Origin: Macrostomum hystrix
Lineage: Eukaryota; Animalia; Platyhelminthes
NCBI GenBank assembly: GCA_950097015.1
Contig: CATNEN010000001.1
Coordinates: forward strand, 9,796,001 to 9,860,000
Reading direction: 5' to 3'
DNA: 64,000 nt
Shown: positions 33,801-48,800 of the stretch, piece after piece
Layout of the letters: the number at the start of each line of letters is the position of its first letter
Numbering within the stretch: position 1 is the stretch's first letter
Notes under the pieces: model-generated
What the model was told of the DNA's origin: nothing
The model's input: the letters and a program-made list of their open reading frames with translations, nothing else
The model's database searches: none
Made by a program: the position numbers and the translations under genes

Positions 33801-36800
33801 TAGCTATAAAATAGGGATAATTCTTCACTGGGATAGCTATAAAATAGGGATAATTCTTCACTGGGATAGCTATAAAATAGGGATAATTCTTCACAGGGAT
33901 AGCTATAAAATAGGGATAATCCTTCACAGGGATAGCTATAAAATAGGGATAATTCGTCACTGGGATAGCTACAAAATAGGGATAATTCTTCACTGGGATA
34001 GCTACAAAATAGGGATAATTCTTCACTGGGATAGCTATAAAATAGGGATAATTCTTCACTTAAATAGCAACTAATTTGGGATTGTAGTCACTAAATAATC
34101 GAAAAACTAAATAATGGAAAAAAATCTGTGAAATTCACAGGAACAATCCTCATCCCAAAACTCCTAATCACCCCAGTTGAAGAGGCCTCCATCGCGCTAC
34201 CCTCTAGCGTGAAGTCTCCCGGCTTGGTGATTCACGACATTAGCCTGGTGTCCTCAGCTCTGCTTCTCACCCCGGCCATGTCTGCTCACGGCTGGCGTTT
34301 GCACTTTTACACTGGACCATCGGCTACCCTGGCCGCTGTGGGAGTTGTGCTAGTCTCGCGCGGCGCCGGCCTGGCTGGACAGATCGCTGGCTGGATCTGC
34401 GGCCTCATCGGAGTGGCCGCGTTTGTGGCCCAGGCTGTGCTGTTTCCCTGGCAGATTCAGTTAGTTGATTGAGTCTTTGAAGTCTTTGAGCACTTTCACA
34501 TCTGCCCATATCTTTGAGATCCTCAATGGCTTCTCAAATCCATAGATTGCCGACTCATAGCTTCTCAACTGCCCGACTTAATTTATCATAGCTTCTCAGG
34601 TTTTACTAGTAAATTCTAATGGCTTCTCAGATCGACACGAAAGAGTGGGATCTCATATCTTCTCAAATCTGCAAGTGAGATCTCATATCTTCTCAAATCT
34701 GCAAGTGGGATCCCATGTCTTTTCAGATCTGCAAGTGAGATCCCATATCTTCTCAGATCTGCAAGTGAGATCTCATATCTTCTCAAATCTGCAAGTGAGA
34801 TCCCATGTCTTTTCAGATCTGCAAGTGAGATCTCATATCTTCTCAGATCTGCAAGTGGGATCTCATATCTTCTCAGATCTGCAAGTGGGATCTCATATCT
34901 TCTCAGATCTGCAAGTGAGATCCCATGTCTTCTCAGATCTGCAAGTGGGATCCCATGTCTTTTCAGATCTGCAAGTGAGATCTCATATCTTCTCAGATCT
35001 GCAAGTGGGATCTCATATCTTCTCAGATCTGCAAGTGGGATCTCATATCTTCTCAGATCTGCAAGTGGGATCTCATATCTTCTCAGATCTGCAAGTGAGA
35101 TCTCATATCTTCTCAGATCTGCAAGTGAGATCCCATGTCTTTTCAGATCTGCAAGTGAGATCCCATGTCTTTTCAGATCTGCAAGTGAGATCCCATGTCT
35201 TCTCAGATCTGCAAGTGGGATCCCATGTCTTCTCAGATCTGCAAGTGGGATCCCATATCTTCTCAGATCTGCAAGTGAGATCCCATGTCTTCTCAGATCT
35301 GCAAGTGAGATCCCATGTCTTCTCAGATCTGCAAGTGGGATCCCATGTCTTCTCAGATCTGCAAGTGGGATCCCATATCTTCTCAGATCTGCAAGTGAGA
35401 TCCCATGTCTTCTCAGATCTGCAAGTGGGATCCCATGTCTTCTCAGATCTGCAAGTGGGATCCCATATCTTCTCAGATCTGCAAGTGAGATCCCATGTCT
35501 TTTCAGATCTGCAAGTGAGATCCCATGTCTTTTCAGATCTGCAAGTGAGATCCCATGTCTTCTCAGATCTGCAAGTGGGATCCCATGTCTTCTCAGATCT
35601 GCAAGTGGGATCCCATGTCTTCTCAGATCTGTTGTGAGATCCCATGTCTTCTCAGATCTGCAAGTGGGATCCCATATCTTCTCAGATCTGCAAGTGAGAT
35701 CCCATGTCTTCTCAGATCTGCAAGTGGGATCCCATGTCTTCTCAGATCTGTTGTGAGATCCCATATCTTCTCAGATCTGTTGTGAGATCCCATGTCTTCT
35801 CAGATCTGTTGTGAGATCCCATGTCTTCTCAGATCTGCAAGTGAGATCCCATGTCTTCTCAGATCTGCAAGTGGGATCCCATGTCTTCTCAGATCTGCAA
35901 GTGGGATCCCATGTCTTCTCAGATCTGCAAGTGAAATCCCATGTCTTCTCAGATCTGCAAGTGAAATCCCATGTCTTCTCAGATCTGCAAGTGGGATCCC
36001 ATGTCTTCTCAGATCTGCAAGTGGGATCCCATGTCTTCTCAGATCTGCAAGTGGGATCCCATGTCTTCTCAGATCTGCAAGTGGGATCCCATGTCTTCTC
36101 AGATCTGCAAGTGGGATCCCATATCTTCTCAGATCTGTTGTGAGATCCCATATCTTCTCAGATCTGTTGTGAGATCCCATGTCTTCTCAGATCTGTTGTG
36201 AGATCCCATGTCTTCTCAGATCTGCAAGTGAGATCACATGTCTTCTCAGATCTGCAAGTGGGATCCCATGTCTTCTCAGATCTGCAAGTGGGATCCCATG
36301 TCTTCTCAGATCTGCAAGTGAAATCCCATGTCTTCTCAGATCTGCAAGTGAAATCCCATGTCTTCTCAGATCTGCAAGTGGGATCCCATGTCTTCTCAGA
36401 TCTGCAAGTGGGATCCCATGTCTTCTCAGATCTGCAAGTGGGATCCCATGTCTTCTCAGATCTGCAAGTGGGATCCCATGTCTTCTCAGATCTGCAAGTG
36501 GGATCCCATATCTTCTCAGATCTGTTGTGAGATCCCATATCTTCTCAGATCTGTTGTGAGATCCCATGTCTTCTCAGATCTGTTGTGAGATCCCATGTCT
36601 TCTCAGATCTGCAAGTGAGATCCCATGTCTTCTCAGATCTGCAAGTGAGATCTCATATCTTCTCAGATCTGCAAGTGAGATCCCATGTCTTCTCAGATCT
36701 GCAAGTGTGATCCCATGTCTTCTCAAATCTGCAAGTGAGATCCCATGTCTTCTCAGATCTGCAAGTGAGATCCCGTGTCTTCTCAGATCTGCAAGTGGGA

Positions 36801-39800
36801 TCCCATGTCTTCTCAAATCTGCAAGTGAGATCCCATGTCTTCTCAGATCTGCAAGTGGGATCCCATGTCTTCTCAAATCTGCAAGTGAGATCCCATGTCT
36901 TCTCAGATCTGCAAGTGAGATCCCATGTCTTCTCAGATCAGCAAGTGAGATCCCATGTCTTCTCAGATCTGCAAGTGAGATCCCATGTCTTCTCAAATCT
37001 GCAAGTGAGATCCCATGTCTTCTCAGATCTGCAAGTGGGATCCCATGTCTTCTCAAATCTGTTGTGAGATCCCATGTCTTCTCAGATCTGCAAGTGGGAT
37101 CTCATATCTTCTCAGATCTGCAAGTGAGATCCCATGTCTTCTCAAATCTGCAAGTGAGATCCCATGTCTTCTCAGATCTGCAAGTGTGATCCCATGTCTT
37201 CTCAAATCTGCAAGTGAGATCCCATGTCTTCTCAGATCTGCAAGTGTGATCCCATGTCTTCTCAAATCTGCAAGTGAGATCCCATGTCTTCTCAGATCTG
37301 CAAGTGAGATCCCATGTCTTCTCAGATCTGCAAGTGGGATCCCATGTCTTCTCAAATCTGCAAGTGAGATCCCATGTCTTCTCAGATCTGCAAGTGGGAT
37401 CCCATGTCTTCTCAGATCAGCAAGTGAGATCCCATGTCTTCTCAGATCTGCAAGTGAGATCCCATGTCTTCTCAAATCTGCAAGTGAGATCCCATGTCTT
37501 CTCAGATCTGCAAGTGGGATCCCATGTCTTCTCAAATCTGTTGTGAGATCCCATGTCTTCTCAGATCTGCAAGTGGGATCTCATATCTTCTCAGATCTGC
37601 AAGTGAGATCCCATGTCTTCTCAAATCTGCAAGTGAGATCCCATGTCTTCTCAGATCTGCAAGGGGGATCCCATGTCTTCTCAGATCTGCAAGTGAGATC
37701 CCATGTCTTCTCAGATCTGTTGTGAGATCCCATGTCTTCTCAGATCTGCAAGTGGGATCCCATGTCTTCTCAGATCTGCAAGTGAGATCTCATATCTTCT
37801 CAGATCTGCAAGTGAGATCCCATGTCTTCTCAAATCTGCAAGTGAGATCCCATGTCTTCTCAAATCTGCAAGTGAGATCCCATGTCTTCTCAAATCTGCA
37901 AGTGAGATCCTATGTCTTCTCAGATCTGCAAGTGGGATCCCATGTCTTCTCAAATCTGCAAGTGAGATCTCATGTCTTCTCAGATCTGCAAGTGAGATCT
38001 CATATCTTCTCAGATCTGCAAGTGAGATCCCATGTCTTCTCAAATCTGCAAGTGAGATCCCATGTCTTCTCAGATCTGCAAGTGAGATCTCATATCTTCT
38101 CAGATCTGCAAGTGAGATCCCATGTCTTCTCAGATCTGCAAGTGAGATCTCATATCTTCTCAGATCTGCAAGTGAGATCCCATGTCTTCTCAAATCTGCA
38201 AGTGAGATCCCATGTCTTCTCAAATCTGCAAGTGGGATCCCATGTCTTCTCAGATCTGCAAGTGGGATCCCATGTCTTTTCAGATCTGCAAGTGAGATCC
38301 CATGTCTTCTCAGATCTGCAAGTGGGATCCCATGTCTTCTCAGATCTGCAAGTGGGATCCCATATCTTCTCAGATCTGCAAGTGAGATCCCATGTCTTCT
38401 CAGATCTGCAAGTGAGATCCCATGTCTTCTCAGATCTGCAAGTGGGATCCCATGTCTTCTCAGATCTGCAAGTGGGATCCCATATCTTCTCAGATCTGCA
38501 AGTGAGATCCCATGTCTTCTCAGATCTGCAAGTGGGATCCCATGTCTTCTCAGATCTGCAAGTGGGATCCCATATCTTCTCAGATCTGCAAGTGAGATCC
38601 CATGTCTTTTCAGATCTGCAAGTGAGATCCCATGTCTTTTCAGATCTGCAAGTGAGATCCCATGTCTTCTCAGATCTGCAAGTGGGATCCCATGTCTTCT
38701 CAGATCTGCAAGTGGGATCCCATGTCTTCTCAGATCTGTTGTGAGATCCCATGTCTTCTCAGATCTGCAAGTGGGATCCCATATCTTCTCAGATCTGCAA
38801 GTGAGATCCCATGTCTTCTCAGATCTGCAAGTGGGATCCCATGTCTTCTCAGATCTGTTGTGAGATCCCATATCTTCTCAGATCTGTTGTGAGATCCCAT
38901 GTCTTCTCAGATCTGTTGTGAGATCCCATGTCTTCTCAGATCTGCAAGTGAGATCCCATGTCTTCTCAGATCTGCAAGTGGGATCCCATGTCTTCTCAGA
39001 TCTGCAAGTGGGATCCCATGTCTTCTCAGATCTGCAAGTGAAATCCCATGTCTTCTCAGATCTGCAAGTGAAATCCCATGTCTTCTCAGATCTGCAAGTG
39101 GGATCCCATGTCTTCTCAGATCTGCAAGTGGGATCCCATGTCTTCTCAGATCTGCAAGTGGGATCCCATGTCTTCTCAGATCTGCAAGTGGGATCCCATG
39201 TCTTCTCAGATCTGCAAGTGGGATCCCATATCTTCTCAGATCTGTTGTGAGATCCCATATCTTCTCAGATCTGTTGTGAGATCCCATGTCTTCTCAGATC
39301 TGTTGTGAGATCCCATGTCTTCTCAGATCTGCAAGTGAGATCCCATGTCTTCTCAGATCTGCAAGTGGGATCCCATGTCTTCTCAGATCTGCAAGTGGGA
39401 TCCCATGTCTTCTCAGATCTGCAAGTGAAATCCCATGTCTTCTCAGATCTGCAAGTGAAATCCCATGTCTTCTCAGATCTGCAAGTGGGATCCCATGTCT
39501 TCTCAGATCTGCAAGTGGGATCCCATGTCTTCTCAGATCTGCAAGTGGGATCCCATGTCTTCTCAGATCTGCAAGTGGGATCCCATGTCTTCTCAGATCT
39601 GCAAGTGGGATCCCATATCTTCTCAGATCTGTTGTGAGATCCCATATCTTCTCAGATCTGTTGTGAGATCCCATGTCTTCTCAGATCTGTTGTGAGATCC
39701 CATGTCTTCTCAGATCTGCAAGTGAGATCCCATGTCTTCTCAGATCTGCAAGTGAGATCTCATATCTTCTCAGATCTGCAAGTGAGATCCCATGTCTTCT

Positions 39801-42800
39801 CAGATCTGCAAGTGTGATCCCATGTCTTCTCAAATCTGCAAGTGAGATCCCATGTCTTCTCAGATCTGCAAGTGAGATCCCGTGTCTTCTCAGATCTGCA
39901 AGTGGGATCCCATGTCTTCTCAAATCTGCAAGTGAGATCCCATGTCTTCTCAGATCTGCAAGTGGGATCCCATGTCTTCTCAAATCTGCAAGTGAGATCC
40001 CATGTCTTCTCAGATCTGCAAGTGAGATCCCATGTCTTCTCAGATCAGCAAGTGAGATCCCATGTCTTCTCAGATCTGCAAGTGAGATCCCATGTCTTCT
40101 CAAATCTGCAAGTGAGATCCCATGTCTTCTCAGATCTGCAAGTGGGATCCCATGTCTTCTCAAATCTGTTGTGAGATCCCATGTCTTCTCAGATCTGCAA
40201 GTGGGATCTCATATCTTCTCAGATCTGCAAGTGAGATCCCATGTCTTCTCAAATCTGCAAGTGAGATCCCATGTCTTCTCAGATCTGCAAGTGTGATCCC
40301 ATGTCTTCTCAAATCTGCAAGTGAGATCCCATGTCTTCTCAGATCTGCAAGTGTGATCCCATGTCTTCTCAAATCTGCAAGTGAGATCCCATGTCTTCTC
40401 AGATCTGCAAGTGAGATCCCATGTCTTCTCAGATCTGCAAGTGGGATCCCATGTCTTCTCAAATCTGCAAGTGAGATCCCATGTCTTCTCAGATCTGCAA
40501 GTGGGATCCCATGTCTTCTCAGATCAGCAAGTGAGATCCCATGTCTTCTCAGATCTGCAAGTGAGATCCCATGTCTTCTCAGATCTGCAAGTGAGATCTC
40601 ATATCTTCTCAGATCTGCAAGTGGGATCCCATGTCTTCTCAAATCTGCAAGTGAGATCCCATGTCTTCTCAGATCTGCAAGTGGGATCTCATATCTTCTC
40701 AGATCTGCAAGTGAGATCCCATGTCTTCTCAAATCTGCAAGTGAGATCCCATGTCTTCTCAGATCTGCAAGGGGGATCCCATGTCTTCTCAGATCTGCAA
40801 GTGAGATCCCATGTCTTCTCAGATCTGTTGTGAGATCCCATGTCTTCTCAGATCTGCAAGTGGGATCCCATGTCTTCTCAGATCTGCAAGTGAGATCTCA
40901 TATCTTCTCAGATCTGCAAGTGAGATCCCATGTCTTCTCAAATCTGCAAGTGAGATCCCATGTCTTCTCAAATCTGCAAGTGAGATCCCATGTCTTCTCA
41001 AATCTGCAAGTGAGATCCTATGTCTTCTCAGATCTGCAAGTGGGATCCCATGTCTTCTCAAATCTGCAAGTGAGATCTCATGTCTTCTCAGATCTGCAAG
41101 TGAGATCTCATATCTTCTCAGATCTGCAAGTGAGATCCCATGTCTTCTCAAATCTGCAAGTGAGATCCCATGTCTTCTCAGATCTGCAAGTGAGATCTCA
41201 TATCTTCTCAGATCTGCAAGTGAGATCCCATGTCTTCTCAGATCTGCAAGTGAGATCTCATATCTTCTCAGATCTGCAAGTGAGATCCCATGTCTTCTCA
41301 AATCTGCAAGTGAGATCCCATGTCTTCTCAAATCTGCAAGTGGGATCCCATGTCTTCTCAGATCTGCAAGTGGGATCCCATGTCTTCTCAGATCTGCAAG
41401 TGAGATCCCATGTCTTCTCAAATCTGCAAGTGAGATCCCATATCTTCTCAAATCTGCAAGTGAGATCCCATGTCTTCTCAAATCTGCAAGTGGGATCCCA
41501 TGTCTTCTCAGATCTGCAAGTGAGATCCCATGTCTTCTCAAATCTGCAAGTGAGATCCCATGTCTTCTCAAATCTGCAAGTGAGATCCCATATCTTCTCA
41601 AATCTGCAAGTGAGATCCCATGTCTTCTCAAATCTGCAAGTGGGATCCCATGTCTTCTCAGATCTGCAAGTGAGATCCTATGTCTTCTCAAATCTGCAAG
41701 TGAGATCCCATGTCTTCTCAAATCTGCAAGTGGGATCCCATGTCTTCTCAAATCTGCAAGTGAGATCCCATGTCTTCTCAGATCTGCAAGTGAGATCCCA
41801 TGTCTTCTCAAATCTGCAAGTGAGATCCTATGTCTTCTCAGATCTGCAAGTGGGATCCCATGTCTTCTCAAATCTGCAAGTGAGATCCCATGTCTTCTCA
41901 GATCTGCAAGTGGGATCCCATGTCTTCTCAAATCTGCAAGTGAGATCCTATGTCTTCTCAGATCTGCAAGTGGGATCCCATGTCTTCTCAAATCTGCAAG
42001 TGAGATCCCATGTCTTCTCAAATCTGCAAGTGAGATCCCATGTCTTCTCAAATCTGCAAGTGAGATCCTATGTCTTCTCAGATCTGCAAGTGGGATCCCA
42101 TGTCTTCTCAAATCTGCAAGTGAGATCCCATGTCTTCTCAAATCTGCAAGTGATATCCCATGTCTTCTCAAATCTGCAAGTGAGATCCTATGTCTTCTCA
42201 AATCTGCAAGTGAGATCCCATGTCTTCTCAAATCTGCAAGTGGGATCCCATGTTTTCTCAAATCTGCAAGTGAGATCTCATGTCTTCTCAGATCTGCAAG
42301 TGAGATCTCATATCTTCTCAGATCTGCAAGTGAGATCCCATGTCTTCTCAAATCTGCAAGTGAGATCCCATGTCTTCTCAAATCTGCAAGTGAGATCCCA
42401 TGTCTTCTCAAATCTGCAAGTGAGATCCTATGTCTTCTCAGATCTGCAAGTGGGATCCCATGTCTTCTCAAATCTGCAAGTGAGATCCCATGTCTTCTCA
42501 GATCTGCAAGTGGGATCCCATGTCTTCTCAAATCTGCAAGTGAGATCTCATATCTTCTCAGATCTGCAAGTGAGATCCCATGTCTTCTCAAATCTGCAAG
42601 TGAGATCCCATGTCTTCTCAAATCTGCAAGTGGGATCCCATGTCTTCTCAGATCTGCAAGTGGGATCCCATGTCTTCTCAAATCTGCAAGTGAGATCCCA
42701 TGTCTTCTCAAATCTGCAAGTGAGATCTCATGTCTTCTCAGATCTGCAAGTGAGATCTCATATCTTCTCAGATCTGCAAGTGAGATCCCATGTCTTCTCA

Positions 42801-45800
42801 AATCTGCAAGTGAGATCCCATGTCTTCTCAAATCTGCAAGTGAGATCCCATGTCTTCTCAAATCTGCAAGTGAGATCTCATGTCTTCTCAGATCTGCAAG
42901 TGAGATCCCATATCTTCTCAAATCTGCAAGTGAGATCCCATGTCTTCTCAGATCTGCAAGTGGGATCCCATATCTTCTCAGATCTGCAAGTGAGATCCCA
43001 TGTCTTCTCAGATCTGCAAGTGAGATCCCATGTCTTCTCAGATCTGCAAGTGGGATCCCATGTCTTCTCAGATCTGCAAGTGGGATCCCATGTCTTCTCA
43101 AATCTGCAAGTGAGATCCCATGTCTTCTCAAATCTGCAAGTGAGATCCTATGTCTTCTCAGATCTGCAAGTGGGATCCCATGTCTTCTCAAATCTGCAAG
43201 TGAGATCTCATGTCTTCTCAGATCTGCAAGTGAGATCTCATATCTTCTCAGATCTGCAAGTGAGATCCCATGTCTTTTCAGATCTGCAAGTGAGATCCCA
43301 TGTCTTTTCAGATCTGCAAGTGAGATCCCATGTCTTTTCAGATCTGCAAGTGAGATCCCATGTCTTTTCAGATCTGCAAGTGAGATCCCATGTCTTCTCA
43401 GATCTGCAAGTGGGATCCCATGTCTTCTCAGATCTGCAAGTGGGATCCCATGTCTTCTCAGATCTGTTGTGAGATCCCATGTCTTCTCAGATCTGCAAGT
43501 GGGATCCCATATCTTCTCAGATCTGCAAGTGAGATCCCATGTCTTCTCAGATCTGCAAGTGGGATCCCATGTCTTCTCAGATCTGCAAGTGGGATCCCAT
43601 GTCTTCTCAGATCTGCAAGTGGGATCCCATGTCTTCTCAGATCTGCAAGTGGGATCCCATGTCTTCTCAGATCTGCAAGTGAAATCCCATGTCTTCTCAG
43701 ATCTGCAAGTGAAATCCCATGTCTTCTCAGATCTGCAAGTGGGATCCCATGTCTTCTCAGATCTGCAAGTGGGATCCCATGTCTTCTCAGATCTGCAAGT
43801 GGGATCCCATGTCTTCTCAGATCTGCAAGTGGGATCCCATGTCTTCTCAGATCTGCAAGTGGGATCCCATATCTTCTCAGATCTGTTGTGAGATCCCATA
43901 TCTTCTCAGATCTGTTGTGAGATCCCATGTCTTCTCAGATCTGTTGTGAGATCCCATGTCTTCTCAGATCTGCAAGTGAGATCCCATGTCTTCTCAGATC
44001 TGCAAGTGAGATCTCATATCTTCTCAGATCTGCAAGTGAGATCCCATGTCTTCTCAGATCTGCAAGTGTGATCCCATGTCTTCTCAAATCTGCAAGTGAG
44101 ATCCCATGTCTTCTCAGATCTGCAAGTGAGATCCCATGTCTTCTCAGATCTGCAAGTGGGATCCCATGTCTTCTCAAATCTGCAAGTGAGATCCCATGTC
44201 TTCTCAGATCTGCAAGTGAGATCCCATGTCTTCTCAGATCAGCAAGTGAGATCCCATGTCTTCTCAGATCTGCAAGTGAGATCCCATGTCTTCTCAAATC
44301 TGCAAGTGAGATCCCATGTCTTCTCAGATCTGCAAGTGGGATCCCATGTCTTCTCAAATCTGTTGTGAGATCCCATGTCTTCTCAGATCTGCAATTGGGA
44401 TCTCATATCTTCTCAGATCTGCAAGTGAGATCCCATGTCTTCTCAAATCTGCAAGTGAGATCCCATGTCTTCTCAGATCTGCAAGTGAGATCTCATATCT
44501 TCTCAGATCTGCAAGTGGGATCCCATGTCTTCTCAGATCTGCAAGTGAGATCCCATGTCTTCTCAGATCAGCAAGTGGGATCCCATGTCTTCTCAGATCT
44601 GTTGTGAGATCCCATGTCTTCTCAGATCTGTTGTGAGATCCCATGTCTTCTCAGATCTGCAAGTGGGATCCCATGTCTTCTCAGATCTGCAAGTGAAATC
44701 CCATGTCTTCTCAAATCTGCAAGTGAGATCCCATGTCTTCTCAGATCTGCAAGTGAGATCTCATATCTTCTCAGATCTGCAAGTGAGATCCCATGTCTTC
44801 TCAGATCTGCAAGTGAGATCCCATGTCTTCTCAAATCTGCAAGTGAGATCCTATGTCTTCTCAGATCTGCAAGTGGGATCCCATGTCTTCTCAAATCTGC
44901 AAGTGAGATCCCATGTCTTCTCAAATCTGCAAGTGAGATCCTATGTCTTCTCAGATCTGCAAGTGGGATCCCATGTCTTCTCAAATCTGCAAGTGAGATC
45001 TCATGTCTTCTCAGATCTGCAAGTGAGATCTCATATCTTCTCAGATCTGCAAGTGAGATCCCATGTCTTCTCAAGTCTGCAAGTGAGATCCCATGTCTTC
45101 TCAAATCTGCAAGTGAGATCCCATGTCTTCTTAAATCTGCAAGTGAGATCCTATGTCTTCTCAGATCTGCAAGTGGGATCCCATGTCTTCTCAAATCTGC
45201 AAGTGAGATCCCATGTCTTCTCAGATCTGCAAGTGGGATCCCATGTCTTCTCAAATCTGCAAGTGAGATCTCATATCTTCTCAGATCTGCAAGTGAGATC
45301 CCATGTCTTCTCAAATCTGCAAGTGAGATCCCATGTCTTCTCAAATCTGCAAGTGAGATCCCATGTCTTCTCAAATCTGCAAGTGAGATCCTATGTCTTC
45401 TCAGATCTGCAAGTGGGATCCCATGTCTTCTCAAATCTGCAAGTGAGATCTCATGTCTTCTCAGATCTGCAAGTGAGATCTCATATCTGCTCAGATCTGC
45501 AAGTGAGATCCCATGTCTTCTCAAATCTGCAAGGGAGATCCCATGTCTTCTCAAATCTGCAAGTGATATCCCATGTCTTCTCAAATCTGCAAGTGAGATC
45601 CTATGTCTTCTCAGATCTGCAAGTGGGATCCCATGTCTTCTCAAATCTTCAAGTGAGATCCCATGTCTTCTCAGATCTGCAAGTGGGATCCCATGTCTTC
45701 TCAAATCTGCAAGTGAGATCCCATGTCTTCTCAAATCTGCAAGTGAGATCCCATGTCTTCTCAAATCTGCAAGTGAGATCCCATGTCTTCTCAGATCTGC

Positions 45801-48800
45801 AAGTGGGATCCCATGTCTTCTCAAATCTGCAAGTGAGATCTCATGTCTTCTCAGATCTGCAAGTGGGATCCCATGTCTTCTCAAATCTGCAAGTGAGATC
45901 TCATGTCTTCTCAGATCTGCAAGTGAGATCTCATATCTTCTCAGATCTGCAAGTGAGATCCCATGTCTTCTCAAATCTGCAAGTGAGATCCCATGTCTTC
46001 TCAAATCTGCAAGTGAGATCCCATGTCTTCTCAAATCTGCAAGTGAGATCTCATGTCTTCTCAGATCTGCAAGTGAGATCTCATATCTTCTCAGATCTGC
46101 AAGTGGGATCCCATGTCTTCTCAAATCTGCAAGTGAGATCTCATGTCTTCTCAGATCTGCAAGTGAGATCTCATATCTTCTCAGATCTGCAAGTGAGATC
46201 CCATGTCTTCTCAAATCTGCAAGTGAGATCCTATGTCTTCTCAGATCTGCAAGTGAGATCCCATGTCTTCTCATATCTGCAAGTGAGATCCCATGTCTTC
46301 TCAGATCTGCAAGTGAGATCTCATATCTTCTCAGATCTGCAAGTGAGATCCCATGTCTTCTCAAATCTGCAAGTGAGATCTCATGTCTTCTCAGATCTGC
46401 AAGTGAGATCTTATATCTTCTCAGATCTGCAAGTGAGATCCCATGTCTTCTCAAATCTGCAAGTGAGATCCCATGTCTTCTCAGATCTGCAAGGGGGATC
46501 CCATGTCTTCTCATATCTGCAAGGGGGATCCCATGTCTTCTCATATCTGCAAGTGAGATCCCATGTCTTCTCAGATCTGCAAGTGAGATCCCATGTCTTC
46601 TCAGATCTGTTGTGGGATCCCATGTCTTCTCAGATCTGCAAGTGGGATCCCATGTCTTCTCAGATCTGCAAGTGAGATCCCATGTCTTCTCAGATCAGCA
46701 AGTGGGATCCCATGTCTTCTCAGATCTGTTGTGAGATCCCATGTCTTCTCAGATCTGTTGTGAGATCCCATGTCTTCTCAGATCTGCAAGTGGGATCCCA
46801 TGTCTTCTCAGATCTGCAAGTGAGATCCCATGTCTTCTCAAATCTGCAAGTGAGATCCCATATCTTCTCATATCTGCAAGTGAGATCCCATGTCTTCTCA
46901 GATCTGCAAGTGAAATCCCATGTCTTCTCAAATCTGCAAGTGAGATCCCATATCTTCTCATATCTGCAAGTGAGATCCCATGTCTTCTCATATCTGCAAG
47001 TGAGATCCCATGTCTTCTCAGATCTGCAAGTGAGATCTCATATCTTCTCAGATCTGCAAGTGAGATCCCATGTCTTCTCAAATCTGCAAGTGAGATCCCA
47101 TGTCTTCTCAAATCTGCAAGTGAGATCCCATGTCTTCTCAAATCTGCAAGTGAGATCCTATGTCTTCTCAGATCTGCAAGTGGGATCCCATGTCTTCTCA
47201 AATCTGCAAGTGAGATCTCATGTCTTCTCAGATCTGCAAGTGAGATCTCATATCTTCTCAGATCTGCAAGTGAGATCCCATGTCTTCTCAAATCTGCAAG
47301 TGAGATCCCATGTCTTCTCAAATCTGCAAGTGAGATCCCATGTCTTCTCAAATCTGCAAGTGAGATCCTATGTCTTCTCAGATCTGCAAGTGGGATCCCA
47401 TGTCTTCTCAAATCTGCAAGTGAGATCCCATGTCTTCTCAGATCTGCAAGTGGGATCCCATGTCTTCTCAAATCTGCAAGTGAGATCTCATGTCTTCTCA
47501 GATCTGCAAGTGAGATCTCATATCTTCTCAGATCTGCAAGTGAGATCCTACGTCTTCTCAAATCTGCAAGTGAGATCCCATGTCTTCTCAAATCTGCAAG
47601 TGAGATCCCATGTCTTCTCAAATCTGCAAGTGAGATCCTATGTCTTCTCAGATCTGCAAGTGGGATCCTATGTCTTCTCAAATCTGCAAGTGAGATCCCA
47701 TGTCTTCTCAAATCTGCAAGTGAGATCCCATGTCTTCTCAAATCTGCAAGTGAGATCCTATGTCTTCTCAGATCTGCAAGTGGGATCCTATGTCTTCTCA
47801 AATCTGCAAGTGAGATCCCATGTCTTCTCAAATCTGCAAGTGAGATCCCATGTCTTCTCAAATCTGCAAGTGAGATCCCATGTCTTCTCAAATCTGCAAG
47901 TGAGATCCCATGTCTTCTCAAATCTGCAAGTGAGATCCCATGTCTTCTCAAATCTGCAAGTGAGATCCTATGTCTTCTCAGATCTGCAAGTGGGATCCCA
48001 TATCTTCTCAGATCTGCAAGTGGGATCCCATGTCTTCTCAAATCTGCAAGTGAGATCTCATGTCTTCTCAAATCTGCAAGTGAGATCCCATGTCTTCTCA
48101 AATCTGCAAGTGAGATCCTATGTCTTCTCAGATCTGCAAGTGGGATCCCATGTCTTCTCAGATCTGCAAGTGAGATCCCATGTCTTCTCAAATCTGCAAG
48201 TGAGATCTCATGTCTTCTCAAATCTGCAAGTGAGATCCCATGTCTTCTCAAATCTGCAAGTGAGATCCCATGTCTTCTCAAATCTGCAAGTGAGATCTCA
48301 TGTCTTCTCAAATCTGCAAGTGAGATCTCATGTCTTCTCAAATCTGCAAGTGAGATCCCATGTCTTCTCAAATCTGCAAGTGAGATCCCATGTCTTCTCA
48401 AATCTGCAAGTGAGATCTCATGTCTTCTCAAATCTGCAAGTGAGATCTCATGTCTTCTCAAATCTGCAAGTGAGATCCCATGTCTTCTCAAATCTGCAAG
48501 TGAGATCCCATGTCTTCTCAAATCTGCAAGTGAGATCCTATGTCTTCTCAGATCTGCAAGTGGGATCCCATGTCTTCTCAGATCTGCAAGTGAGATCCTA
48601 TGTCTTCTCAAATCTGCAAGTGGGATCCCATGTCTTCTCAGATCTGCAAGTGAGATCTCATGTCTTCTCAGATCTGCAAGTGGGATCCCATGTCTTCTCA
48701 GATCTGCAAGTGGGATCCCATGTCTTCTCAGATCTGCAAGTGAGATCTCATGTCTTCTCAGATCTGCAAGTGAGATCCCATGTCTTCTCAAATCTGCAAG

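Noticed and set aside
31702-34074. 790-aa and 716-aa repeat ORFs
   Set aside because: A 33-bp intronic minisatellite, open on both strands by chance, with no unique domains.
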